Origin: an uncultured candidatus Porisulfidus sp.
GTDB taxonomy: Bacteria; Pseudomonadota; Gammaproteobacteria; Poriferisulfidales; Poriferisulfidaceae
Direction: 5' to 3'
Assembly (NCBI GenBank): GCA_965199755.1
Contig: CBDASZ010000002.1
Span: 96,001-160,000 of the forward strand
DNA: 64,000 nt
The notes under the pieces were generated by a model, which made no database searches, was not told the DNA's origin, and saw nothing but the letters and a program-made list of their open reading frames with translations. A program made the translations under genes and the position numbers. Every line of letters begins with the position of its first letter. Position 1 is the first letter of the stretch. This document shows positions 34,504 through 43,722 of this stretch, piece by piece.

Positions 34504-34610
34504 GGCTTCACAGTTTTGTGTGGAATACGGGTCTTGGGTAAAGATCCAGTTGACCCAGATCAAAGAGGATCGCTTTTCGGAATCGTTCGCGGTTTCGGTA
34601 GCCGCAAGGA
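34504..34610 (-). mobile_element. ISL3-family remnant (transposase C-terminus plus right end)
   Basis: Minus strand reads CGYRNRERFRKAILFDLGQLDLYP..FHTKL*, like the ISL3 terminal motif GFRN...F+.AI.F..G.LDLYP. Ends in CCACACAAAACTGTGAAGCC, an IR-like end. Confidence 0.75.
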
Positions 34611-34647
34611 ATATCCGCCGATTCAGGCTAATGGCGGATGGCCTGCC

Positions 34648-35219
34648 CTACCGCTGCAGATTCAGAAGAACCCGCGCGCCGATGTCATCGCTGCCGCTCG
34701 CCTGTGTACGCTTCTACGCTCAGGTCCAGCCCGGTCCGCTGCCACGCGACATCCAAACGCTGACTGCTGCCACCCTCGCGATATGTCATGCCTACGTAGG
34801 GTTTGATCAGGCCATTGAGTGTGCCGTCGCCGATGCGACTGGCGGCTATTCCGTAAGCCAGTTCCATCCCAGTGCGGAGAGTAGCGAGGCGCGGGATGCG
34901 CTGTCGTTTTCTGTCAGGCCAGAGAACGCCTCCGCGTCCTGCTCCCGGAGTTGTTGCGGATCGGCCTGCGCGTCCACGCCAAAGGTCGGCGCCAGCAATA
35001 ATGAGAACCCCTGACCGTCAGAGCCCGTCAATCTGCACGGACCCGCTGAGCCCCCACTCGCGATCGGCACTGTACCTCGATGTGTTTGCTATCTTGGACT
35101 CCAATGAGGATAACGGTCAGATCGTCTCTAACCTCCTGAGCATGCACGGAGGCGGGCAGCAAGCCACTAAACAGTAGTGCCAAGCCTGCGAACAGGCGGC
35201 ACCGAGCGGCTAAGGTCAT
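34648..35219 (-). pseudogene. Collapsed autotransporter-like outer-membrane protein relic
   Basis: RBS plus signal peptide (MTLAAR...PASVHAQ), then frameshifted barrel-end segments REWGLSGSVQID / GQGFSLLLAPTFG / ELAYGI...LIKPYVG...LDLSVEA. Hairpin at 34613-34640. Confidence 0.6.
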
Positions 35220-35439
35220 ATATGAGCCCCTCCCCCTAACTATTATGGAGAGGCCCAAGAGCGATAAAAACGCAACTGGTATTAGTTACATCATCCCGTG
35301 AAATGCCCAAATATATCTGTGGTATTAAACGGGGGCTTCACTATGCTCAATTATCCCAAACAGAACCACGAAGCCCCATGTTGCGATTAGCCCCCTAAAG
35401 AGGTAGGATCCGATATGAGTATAAGGGGTTCTCAAGGAA

Positions 35440-36303
35440 ATGTCTGCACCCATCCAGCCAAAACCCTTCGTCAAATGGGCCGGGGGCAAAAGCCAGTTGC
35501 TCGGCGAGTTGGAGAAGCGCTTCCCCCAGAAGTGTCAGAATTACTTTGAAATCTTTGGGGGGGGGGGGGGGGCAGTGCTGTTCTCGCTCGGAGATCACAG
35601 CAATCTCAAACGCACCGGCATCCTCGCATTCAATGATCAAAACCCCGAGTTAATCAACACCTATGAGGTTGTCCGAGATAATGTGGACAGATTGATCGAC
35701 AGTCTCTCCAAACACCAGAACACGCCAGAATATTTCAAGGAGATTCGCGACTGGGATCGCCCTCCTCATCGCTACAAGCAGTGCAGCAAAGTAAAGCGAG
35801 CCAGCCGCCTGATTTATCTCAACAAGACAGCCTACAATGGCCTTTATCGTGTAAACGCCAAGGACCAGTTCAATGTTCCCTTTGGCAAATATCGCAATCC
35901 CAAAATCGTTGATGCCGAAAATCTTCGGGCCTGCTCCGAGTTCCTGCAGAACGTCTGGCTGTCCTCGCTGGATTTCGAGGCACTCCTAGAACGAATTTCA
36001 CGAGGCGATATGGTCTATATGGATCCGCCTTACGCCCCCCTTTCCGAGACCTCCAGTTTCACCGCATACACAAAAGACGGATTTGGCCGTGACAAACAGG
36101 AACGTTTAAGAGACTTCTGCGTTGCCTTAGACCGCAAGGGCGCCAAGTTCCTGTTGTCCAATTCTGCAGCTGACTGGATTCAGTGCCTCTACAGAGCGCA
36201 TCCCCAATTTAATGTGGAAGAAGTCTTCGCAAACCGTGCTATTAACAGCAAGGCAGAAGGCCGTGGCAAGGTTAAAGAAATTGTCGTGCGGAACTACTCA
36301 TGA
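35440..36303 (+). CDS. Dam/DpnIIA-family DNA adenine methyltransferase
   Basis: KWAGGK, motif I F(G)nAV, YLNKT.YNGLYRVN...FNVPFG, DPPY and LSNS motifs. Confidence 0.95.
   Translation: MSAPIQPKPFVKWAGGKSQLLGELEKRFPQKCQNYFEIFGGGGGAVLFSLGDHSNLKRTGILAFNDQNPELINTYEVVRDNVDRLIDSLSKHQNTPEYFKEIRDWDRPPHRYKQCSKVKRASRLIYLNKTAYNGLYRVNAKDQFNVPFGKYRNPKIVDAENLRACSEFLQNVWLSSLDFEALLERISRGDMVYMDPPYAPLSETSSFTAYTKDGFGRDKQERLRDFCVALDRKGAKFLLSNSAADWIQCLYRAHPQFNVEEVFANRAINSKAEGRGKVKEIVVRNYS
35557..35572 (+). repeat. Homopolymeric G16 tract inside the methyltransferase
   Basis: ATCTTT-G16-CAGTG; the only long homopolymer seen in the window. Confidence 0.97.
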
Positions 36304-37565
36304 CCAAGAATGACCGCGCCTGGGAGAAAATTCTTGAGCAAGACCCTGATATCAAACACGCACTTGAAGAGCGGGCTTACTTTGATATTACGGCTAAAAC
36401 CATCAAGGACCATAGTGGAAGAGAACCTCGACTGGCCTGCAAAAATGACTTCCGGGAACAAGTACCCCAACCCCTTCAGGCACTCCATTCCTCAATCCTT
36501 GCCTTGGGCAATGGGAACTATCGAATCGCTCGCACCGACCCGTTCGTCTCCGTGGTGCGCCCCCGCAACGCCAAGACACAAAAACATTCTTTACCAAAAC
36601 ACATTCATGCGCTTTCTCCCGACGATATCAAAAGTGAATCCAAGGCGCTTGATGCGGCGCTCATCTCCGGCATTCTCGATGACCTAACAGAGGATACATT
36701 GTCTCTGGTGCTGCGCGGCAGAGAGTACTGCAGCCCGTTCGAATTCTCACTTCCTGACCAACAGAATCCCGGTCATCGCATCGACTATCCGGTCGATGGT
36801 GTACAGGTAGAAGTCGATGGTGGCTATGAAGGCAAGAATGGAATCTATTTGATCGAAGCCAAGATCGGAACCCGAGACAACATGAACTTGCGTCAGTTGC
36901 TTTACCCGCATTTGCACTACAAAAACATCTACCGAAAACCGGTCAAGAGTTATTTAATGTTCTATCAGCCTACGGGACAGTTCCATTTTTATTCGTTCAG
37001 CCCGAACCATCTCCAACTTGACGGCGGCCTCGGGCACTGGTGTTATCAACTGGAGCACCGGTATTCCGACATTCCTCTCTGGGAGAACATTATTGCCACC
37101 TCGGTGGATATGAGGAAGACAGATCGCAGCGCTCCTTTCCCTCAGGCAGACAAGTTTGAAGTCGTAGTTGAGGTGTTCCTCAAACTGTGTGAGAAAAAGC
37201 AGTTGAGTAAAGAGGCGTTATTCGTAAATCATGACATTGTGCCGCGACAATATGATTACTACGTCAATGTACTGCGCTGGATGCGGCTGATTCAAAAAAC
37301 ATCCGATCCTCAGCAAAGAATCGTATTTGAACTATCTCCACTCGGGAATGAGTTGGCCGGAAAACCCGTCATGAAAATGCTACTTGAAATGGCCCGAATC
37401 GTATTCTCAAACAGTCTGCTCAATCTGTATCTGCATCACGAGCAACCCAGAATTCCCGATCGTGTACGGGAAGAAAACGGTTTACGTGCGGACAGTACTT
37501 TCGAACGGCGGCTACAGACCGTGCGGAGTTGGGTGAACTACTTCCGCAAAATCTTCGTCCACTAA
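36300..37565 (+). CDS. Putative Type II restriction endonuclease (PD-(D/E)XK)
   Basis: QVEVDGGYEG...YLIEAK core and REPRL..K.D N-terminal motif; ATGA overlap with the methyltransferase; AT-richer than flanks. Confidence 0.75.
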   Translation: MTKNDRAWEKILEQDPDIKHALEERAYFDITAKTIKDHSGREPRLACKNDFREQVPQPLQALHSSILALGNGNYRIARTDPFVSVVRPRNAKTQKHSLPKHIHALSPDDIKSESKALDAALISGILDDLTEDTLSLVLRGREYCSPFEFSLPDQQNPGHRIDYPVDGVQVEVDGGYEGKNGIYLIEAKIGTRDNMNLRQLLYPHLHYKNIYRKPVKSYLMFYQPTGQFHFYSFSPNHLQLDGGLGHWCYQLEHRYSDIPLWENIIATSVDMRKTDRSAPFPQADKFEVVVEVFLKLCEKKQLSKEALFVNHDIVPRQYDYYVNVLRWMRLIQKTSDPQQRIVFELSPLGNELAGKPVMKMLLEMARIVFSNSLLNLYLHHEQPRIPDRVREENGLRADSTFERRLQTVRSWVNYFRKIFVH

Positions 37566-39424
37566 GCCTTGTCCTCGGCCAGTTCAAACTGCGCTTTTAC
37601 CGGCATCATTTCGCGCAGATGCTTATCAAGCAGCGGACATTTCTGTTTGGAGCATCCACAAGGCTTTTCATTCGCGCACATACCGATGCGCGCAAAGGCG
37701 AATTCCAGTGCTTGCTCGCGCGTGGCGGTGAACTGATCAAGCCAATCATCACCCGCGAACCCGGTGCGTTTGAAAATATCCATGACATCGGTATTCGCAC
37801 GCGCCACCAGAAACGCCACATTCGAGTCAACCAGTTGCTTCGACAAACTATGTAAGGTGTACTCACCGGTCGCGTCAATCTCATTGATGCCAACCGCATC
37901 AATGATGATATAGCGCAACCCCGGCGTTTGTACCGTGATGCGCAGGACGCGCTCGACGAAATAACTGATGTTGGCGAAAAACAGCGGCCCTTCGAAGCGC
38001 ACAATCGCCACCGTGCAGCAGGTCTCCAACAACTGTCTTCCGGCATCCGCAAAATTCCCACTGTGATTTCGGGACACCCGATACACGTGCGGGTGCATGG
38101 TGCGATAAACGAACAGCCCCAGCGAAAACAGCACGCCGACGATGATGCCCTGCTCCAGATGCGGTGCCCAAACCAAGGTGAGCACAAAAGTCAGCACCGA
38201 CACCACCGCATCGTGTTTCTGCACTTTCCAGGCATACAGGATCGGCTTGACGCGCACCAGCGGAATCACCGCCATGATGATGACCGAAGCCAGCATCGCC
38301 TGCGGCATGTAATAGAGCATGGGCGTCAGGAACAGCAGCGTCGCTCCCACCACCAGTCCGGTCACCACCGAGGAGAATCCGGTGCGCCCCCCCGCTTCCA
38401 TATTCACAGCCGTGCGAGAGAAGGAACCCGACACCGCATAGCCCTGAAACAGGCTGGCCACGATATTGCTGAGTCCCTGCCCGACCAGTTCCTGATTCGG
38501 ATCCAGTTCCTGGCGCGTCTTCCGCATTGAGACCGCCTTGGCAATGGAATACGCCTCCATAAACCCGATCAGGGAAATCGCCACCGCCACGCCCAGCAGG
38601 TCCAGCATCACGGCGACATCCAATTCCGGCATGGAGAACGCCGGCAGACCTTGCGGAATCGACCCGACAATACGCCCACCAAAGTTTGCCTCAAAGCCAA
38701 TCGCCCAAGAGCCTACAGTGGTCAGCACCGCGGCTACCAGAATCGGCGGCAATCGCCGCCAGATTTTCGGCAACAACAGCATCAAGCCAATCGCAATAAT
38801 GCTCATGGCCACGGTCGGCAAGTGCAAATGGTGATAGGCCGCGACCAGCACATTCCAGACCGTTTCGTAGTGCGCGTCACCGCGCACCGCATCCACTCCC
38901 AGCAGTTTGGACAATTGCGATGTGGCAATGATCAGTGCGGCGGCATTGGTGAAGCCAATCACCACCGGGTGCGACAGGAAATCGACCAGCATGCCCATTT
39001 TCAACATGCCCAGAATCAGCTGAAACACGCCCACCATCAGCGCGAGCATGATGGCGTAGGCAATGTAGCCGTCCGAGCCGCTTGCTGCGATTGGCTCCAG
39101 CGCACTCGCAGTCAGCAGTGAAATCACCGCAACCGGCCCGGTCGCCAGTTGGCGTGATGAACCAAACAATGAAGCGACAATGACCGGCAGGAATGAAGCG
39201 TACAGCCCGTAATACGTAGGCAATCCGGCCAGTTGCGCGTACGCCATTGACTGCGGCACCAGCACCAGAGCAACCGTCACACCGGAAACAAAATCCGCAC
39301 GCAACACCGAGGTGTCACGCAGTTCCGGCACCCAGTCTACAAAGGGTGTGGAACGCCTTATGCCGTAACGCAGGATGCGTCGACCGTTTTTATATAATTT
39401 TTGATATATCCACTTAGCCCACAT
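37562..39424 (-). CDS. SulP-family anion transporter with STAS domain
   Basis: PQSMAYAQLAGLP, GSSRQLATGP, NQELVGQG, GSFSRTAVN and LFFAN...IDATG motifs. Confidence 0.95.
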   Translation of the reverse strand: MWAKWIYQKLYKNGRRILRYGIRRSTPFVDWVPELRDTSVLRADFVSGVTVALVLVPQSMAYAQLAGLPTYYGLYASFLPVIVASLFGSSRQLATGPVAVISLLTASALEPIAASGSDGYIAYAIMLALMVGVFQLILGMLKMGMLVDFLSHPVVIGFTNAAALIIATSQLSKLLGVDAVRGDAHYETVWNVLVAAYHHLHLPTVAMSIIAIGLMLLLPKIWRRLPPILVAAVLTTVGSWAIGFEANFGGRIVGSIPQGLPAFSMPELDVAVMLDLLGVAVAISLIGFMEAYSIAKAVSMRKTRQELDPNQELVGQGLSNIVASLFQGYAVSGSFSRTAVNMEAGGRTGFSSVVTGLVVGATLLFLTPMLYYMPQAMLASVIIMAVIPLVRVKPILYAWKVQKHDAVVSVLTFVLTLVWAPHLEQGIIVGVLFSLGLFVYRTMHPHVYRVSRNHSGNFADAGRQLLETCCTVAIVRFEGPLFFANISYFVERVLRITVQTPGLRYIIIDAVGINEIDATGEYTLHSLSKQLVDSNVAFLVARANTDVMDIFKRTGFAGDDWLDQFTATREQALEFAFARIGMCANEKPCGCSKQKCPLLDKHLREMMPVKAQFELAEDKA

Positions 39425-39527
39425 AGCTTTCTTCCTGAAACGGGCGGGTGATCGGAAAAGTGCCGTGCACTGGGGTATTACTCTATCACACAGTACAATC
39501 TTGGCATTGATTTTGCCCACCATTCCC

Positions 39528-40889
39528 GTGTCCGAAGCACCCCATATCCATACCGTCAGCGAACTGAACCAGCAGGCTCGCGACCTGCTGCTCGCCCATT
39601 TCTCGCAAGTCTGCGTTCAGGGCGAAATCAGCAACATGAAGCGCCACAGTTCCGGACACTGGTATTTCACGCTCAAGGACACCAGCTCCGAGTTGCGTTG
39701 CGCCATGTTCCGCAGCAACAATCAATTCGTCCCGTTTGTGCCTGATGACGGGGACACCGTACGCGCCTTTGGGCGGCTGGAGATCTACCTGCAGCGCGGC
39801 AGCTACCAATTGGTGGTTCGGGAATTGCAGGAAGAAGGCCGCGGCGAACTACTGCGCCGGCTGGAAGAACTTAAACTTCAACTCCACCGCGAAGGACTCT
39901 TTGACGCGGAGCGCAAAAGTCCGCTGCCCGCCTATCCTGCCGCTTTGGGCGTGGTCACTTCTGAAAGCAGCGCGGCTTTGCGCGACGTCGCACGTGCCTT
40001 GCGCCGTCGCTGGCCGGCTGCGAAACTCTACGTCTACCCCGCCACGGTGGAAGGAACTGATGCGGCCGCATCACTGTGTACAGCGCTGAATCTCGCCATC
40101 ACGCATGGTCAATGCGACACCTTGCTGCTGGTACGCGGTGGCGGCAGTCTCGAGAGTCTGCTGGCCTTCAGCGATGAAGCGCTGGTGCGCGCCGTCGCCG
40201 AGTGCCCGGTTCCCATCATCAGCGGCGTCGGCCACGAAACAGACACCAGCTTCGTGGACTTCGCGGCCGACCTGCACGCAGCGACCCCCACGGCCGCCGC
40301 GGAACAAGCGAGCCCGAACGGCCAAGCGATCAGCACGGAACTTGGGAGGAGAATCGCACGGAATCAGCAAAGCATCAACCGTATCCTGCAGCAGGCGCGG
40401 CAAGCCTTGCAGGCCGATGAGCACCGTCTGGCGCAAACGCATCCGGCGCGCAAGATTCAAACCCACCAACAGCGACTCGACGACCTGTCCGACCATCTGC
40501 AGACCTCTCTGGCCCACCAGCTGCGGCAGCGCCACAGCCACCTGGCCCTGATGTGGCAGCGCCTTGAAACCTGCGCCCCACACGGTCGCCTCGCCTCACT
40601 ACAGCAGGCAGTGACACAAACCCGACAGCGGCTGCAACAGTCCATACGCGCCCTGCACCAGACCTGGGATGCGCGGCTGCAACGCGCCGACAGCACCCTA
40701 CAAGCCGTGGGCCCGCAGCAGACACTGGATCGCGGCTATGCCATCCCGACCATGCAGACAGCCGAGGGAGTTCGGGTGTTGCGCACACTCGACCAGGTGC
40801 AGGTCGGAAGTTCTTTTGAAATGCGTCTGGCGCGCGGCAGACTTGATGCGGAAATCACCCGGATCGATCCGGCAGAATCGGAATCCTAA
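39528..40889 (+). CDS. xseA: Exodeoxyribonuclease VII large subunit
   Basis: GEISN...SGHWYFTLKD, RGGGS.E.L, GVGHETD and TPTAAAE motifs. Confidence 0.96.
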   Translation: MSEAPHIHTVSELNQQARDLLLAHFSQVCVQGEISNMKRHSSGHWYFTLKDTSSELRCAMFRSNNQFVPFVPDDGDTVRAFGRLEIYLQRGSYQLVVRELQEEGRGELLRRLEELKLQLHREGLFDAERKSPLPAYPAALGVVTSESSAALRDVARALRRRWPAAKLYVYPATVEGTDAAASLCTALNLAITHGQCDTLLLVRGGGSLESLLAFSDEALVRAVAECPVPIISGVGHETDTSFVDFAADLHAATPTAAAEQASPNGQAISTELGRRIARNQQSINRILQQARQALQADEHRLAQTHPARKIQTHQQRLDDLSDHLQTSLAHQLRQRHSHLALMWQRLETCAPHGRLASLQQAVTQTRQRLQQSIRALHQTWDARLQRADSTLQAVGPQQTLDRGYAIPTMQTAEGVRVLRTLDQVQVGSSFEMRLARGRLDAEITRIDPAESES

Positions 40890-40927
40890 GTTCTTCAACC
40901 TCCCCTGTTGCGGTTATACTAGAAACC

Positions 40928-41011
40928 GGTCGGGAAACCTCCTCGTCTCCGTATTCCCGGCTAGGGCTGGTCGCTCTTGACAACCTCCACAAATGTCGAT
41001 GAGCGCCGCCC
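40928..41011 (+). ncRNA. Candidate twin-hairpin RNA with ACCUCC loops (sRNA or 5' leader)
   Basis: Two adjacent stems, each with a loop starting ACCTCC; TATACT -10 element at 40915-40920. Confidence 0.5.
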
Positions 41012-41029
41012 ACCTGACTCACTGATCTG

Positions 41030-42409
41030 ATGTACGCCATGAACTCGTCGTGTTTTCTAAAAGGATGCCGAGGCCTTGCATGGCTTGTCTTCGGTGCTTT
41101 GCCTGTGCTCGCCCAGGCGAACGCTCCTGAAGTTTTCTCAAAGACTCTGGACAACGGGCTTGAGATTTTCGTGCAGCCCGACACCCGCGCTCCGGTGATC
41201 GTGCATCAAATCTGGTACGGCGTCGGTGCTGCGCACGAACCACCCGGACTGACTGGCATCAGCCACATGCTGGAGCACATGATGTTTCGCGGCACCCCTG
41301 AATATCCCGGCGAATCTTTCAGCCATGCGATCTCCGCCGCAGGCGGGCGCGACAACGCCTTCACCGGTCGCGACTATACCGCCTACTACCAGATCCTGAA
41401 CCGCGACAAACTGGAGCTGGCGCTGGAGATGGAGGCCGACCGCATGCTTAATGCGTCTCTTGATGCGACCGACTTTGCCGCCGAGCGCGAAGTGGTGATG
41501 GAAGAACGCCGACTGCGTACCGAGGATCAGCCAGAAGGTCTGGCCTTTGAACAATTGCAAGCAACCGCTTTTCAGAACCACCCTTACGGTCAGCCTGTAG
41601 TTGGCTGGATGGAAGATTTGCGCAACATCACGCTGGAACATCTGCGCGACTGGTATCAGCGCTGGTACACGCCGGGCAATGCCCGCGTCGTAGTGGTCGG
41701 CGATATTGAGCCGGAGGCGGTCTTCGGCATGGTGGAGAAGCATTTTGGAGACATTCCTGCCGGACAGCCACCGAGTTTGCCGACACGTAGCGAACCACTG
41801 CAGCGAGGCGCGCGTGAAGTGCGCATGCAACTGCCGGCGCAAACTGAATACGTGCTGATCGCCTTCAAGACTCCGGCACTTGCGCAACTGCCTGAAGCAC
41901 AGCAGTGGGAAGCCTACGCACTATCCATGCTGGCATCCGTGCTGGACGGCGGGGCAGCCGCACGTCTGCCGAAACGACTGGTGCGCGACCAGAAAATCGC
42001 CGCCAGTGCTGGCGCTTCTTTCGCCTTGTATACCGCACGCAATGGCATGTTCGTGCTCGACGGCACGCCGAGTGATGGGCACAGCGCCGAGGCCTTGCAT
42101 GAGGCCCTGCTTGACGAGATCGCGCAACTGAAAGACAACCCGGTGACGGAAGCCGAACTGCAACGTGCGCGCGCCCAGGTCGTGGCGCAAGCGATTTACG
42201 CGCAAGATTCACTGCGGCATCGCGCCTACATGCTGGGCATGCTAGAAACCAATGGGCTGGGCTGGGAAGCCGAACGCGAACTGATCGCGCGCTATCAAGC
42301 GGTCACCGCCGAGCAGGTGCAGGAAGTGGCGCTACGTTATTTCAGCGACCATGCCCGCACCACCGTAACCGTCGATCCAATTAAAACCGCCGCGCACCCC
42401 CTGCCCTGA
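41030..42409 (+). CDS. M16-family zinc peptidase (catalytic subunit)
   Basis: Signal peptide, HMLEHMMF (HxxEH), NAFT and EERR motifs. Confidence 0.94.
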   Translation: MYAMNSSCFLKGCRGLAWLVFGALPVLAQANAPEVFSKTLDNGLEIFVQPDTRAPVIVHQIWYGVGAAHEPPGLTGISHMLEHMMFRGTPEYPGESFSHAISAAGGRDNAFTGRDYTAYYQILNRDKLELALEMEADRMLNASLDATDFAAEREVVMEERRLRTEDQPEGLAFEQLQATAFQNHPYGQPVVGWMEDLRNITLEHLRDWYQRWYTPGNARVVVVGDIEPEAVFGMVEKHFGDIPAGQPPSLPTRSEPLQRGAREVRMQLPAQTEYVLIAFKTPALAQLPEAQQWEAYALSMLASVLDGGAAARLPKRLVRDQKIAASAGASFALYTARNGMFVLDGTPSDGHSAEALHEALLDEIAQLKDNPVTEAELQRARAQVVAQAIYAQDSLRHRAYMLGMLETNGLGWEAERELIARYQAVTAEQVQEVALRYFSDHARTTVTVDPIKTAAHPLP

Positions 42410-43722
42410 TGCGCCTGCGGCCTTTTCTGAGCCTGACGCTAGCGGTTGGGCTTATCCCGACCCCCTCCTTTGCGGCACCACAAATCCAGCACTGGACCAC
42501 CTCGTCCGGTACCGCGGTCTACTTCACTGAAGCGCCACAAATTCCGATGCTGGACATCCAGTTGGTGGTGGACGCCGGCAATAGCCGAGACGGTGATCTG
42601 CCGGGCTTGTCGCGCATTACGCATGCGCTGCTGGAAACCGGTGCCGGTAACATGGACGCGGATACCATCGCGCAACGCCTTGAGGATGTCGGTGCTTCTT
42701 ACAGCACAGAGATCAAACTGGACCGCTCCGAGATCTCGTTGCGCACCCTGACCGAAGAGGACTGGAAGGTACAAGCACTCGACACCTACATCACGATACT
42801 CGGTGCGCCGGCTTTCACGTCGGACCAGATCGAACTGCGGCGGCAGCAAATGCTGGTGTCGCTGAAGAAACTCGACGAAGACCCCGGTGCGATCGCCTCG
42901 CAGTTGTTTTACGCCAATCTCTACCCCGGCCATCCTTACGGATCACCGGCCGCCGGCACCGAAGACTCGGTCAATGCGATTGACCGGGATGACATTGTGG
43001 GGTTTTATGAAGAGTTCTTTGCCGCCAAAGGGGCGGTCATCGCCATGATCGGCGCGATTGACCGCACACAGGCTGAAGCCATTGCCGAGCGCATCAGCGT
43101 GGCGCTCCCGCAAGGAGATGCGCCCACCGCCCTGCCCGCACCGGAACCGGTGCTGGAGGCGAAAACCATTCGCGTCGAGCACCCGTCAAAACAGGCACAC
43201 ATCCGTATCGGACAGCAAGGTGTCGCGCGCGGGCAAAAACAGCATTTCCCTGTCTATCTGGGCAATTTCACTTTGGGCGGTGGCGGCTTCTCGTCGCGCC
43301 TGCTGCAAGAGATTCGCACACGTCAGGGACTCGCCTATTCGGTATACAGCTATTTCTTCCCGATGCGTCATCGCGGACCGTTTCAACTGGGTTTGCAGAC
43401 GCGCGGAGACCAGGCCGAGCAAGCCTTGAGTTCAGCCTACGCCGAAGTGGAGCGCTTCGTCGCAAGCGGCCCCACTGCCGAGGAGTTGACACACAGCCGC
43501 AACAATCTGGTTCTGGGGTTTCCGCTGCGCATCGCGGACAACGCCAGCATGATCAACTATTTGGCGATGATCGGCTACTACGGCTTGCCGCTTGATTACC
43601 TTGACACCTGGACTAAGCGGGTCGAGGCCATCACTCATGAGCAGATCGTGGCCGCGTTTCAAGATACCCTCAACCCTGAACATCTCATCACGGTGGTCGT
43701 TGGTGGGCAAGGCCAGCCCTAA
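42409..43722 (+). CDS. M16-family peptidase, non-catalytic partner subunit
   Basis: Lacks HxxEH; has LGGGGFSSRL..EIR..QGLAYSVYS motif. Confidence 0.92.
   Translation: MRLRPFLSLTLAVGLIPTPSFAAPQIQHWTTSSGTAVYFTEAPQIPMLDIQLVVDAGNSRDGDLPGLSRITHALLETGAGNMDADTIAQRLEDVGASYSTEIKLDRSEISLRTLTEEDWKVQALDTYITILGAPAFTSDQIELRRQQMLVSLKKLDEDPGAIASQLFYANLYPGHPYGSPAAGTEDSVNAIDRDDIVGFYEEFFAAKGAVIAMIGAIDRTQAEAIAERISVALPQGDAPTALPAPEPVLEAKTIRVEHPSKQAHIRIGQQGVARGQKQHFPVYLGNFTLGGGGFSSRLLQEIRTRQGLAYSVYSYFFPMRHRGPFQLGLQTRGDQAEQALSSAYAEVERFVASGPTAEELTHSRNNLVLGFPLRIADNASMINYLAMIGYYGLPLDYLDTWTKRVEAITHEQIVAAFQDTLNPEHLITVVVGGQGQP

Noticed and set aside
34415-35014. 199-aa plus-strand ORF
   Set aside because: Antisense to the ISL3 scar and adhesin relic; not protein-like.
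40920-41015. ZTP riboswitch or SRP RNA interpretation of the hairpins
   Set aside because: Lacks the conserved cores of these families; kept only as an unassigned structured RNA.
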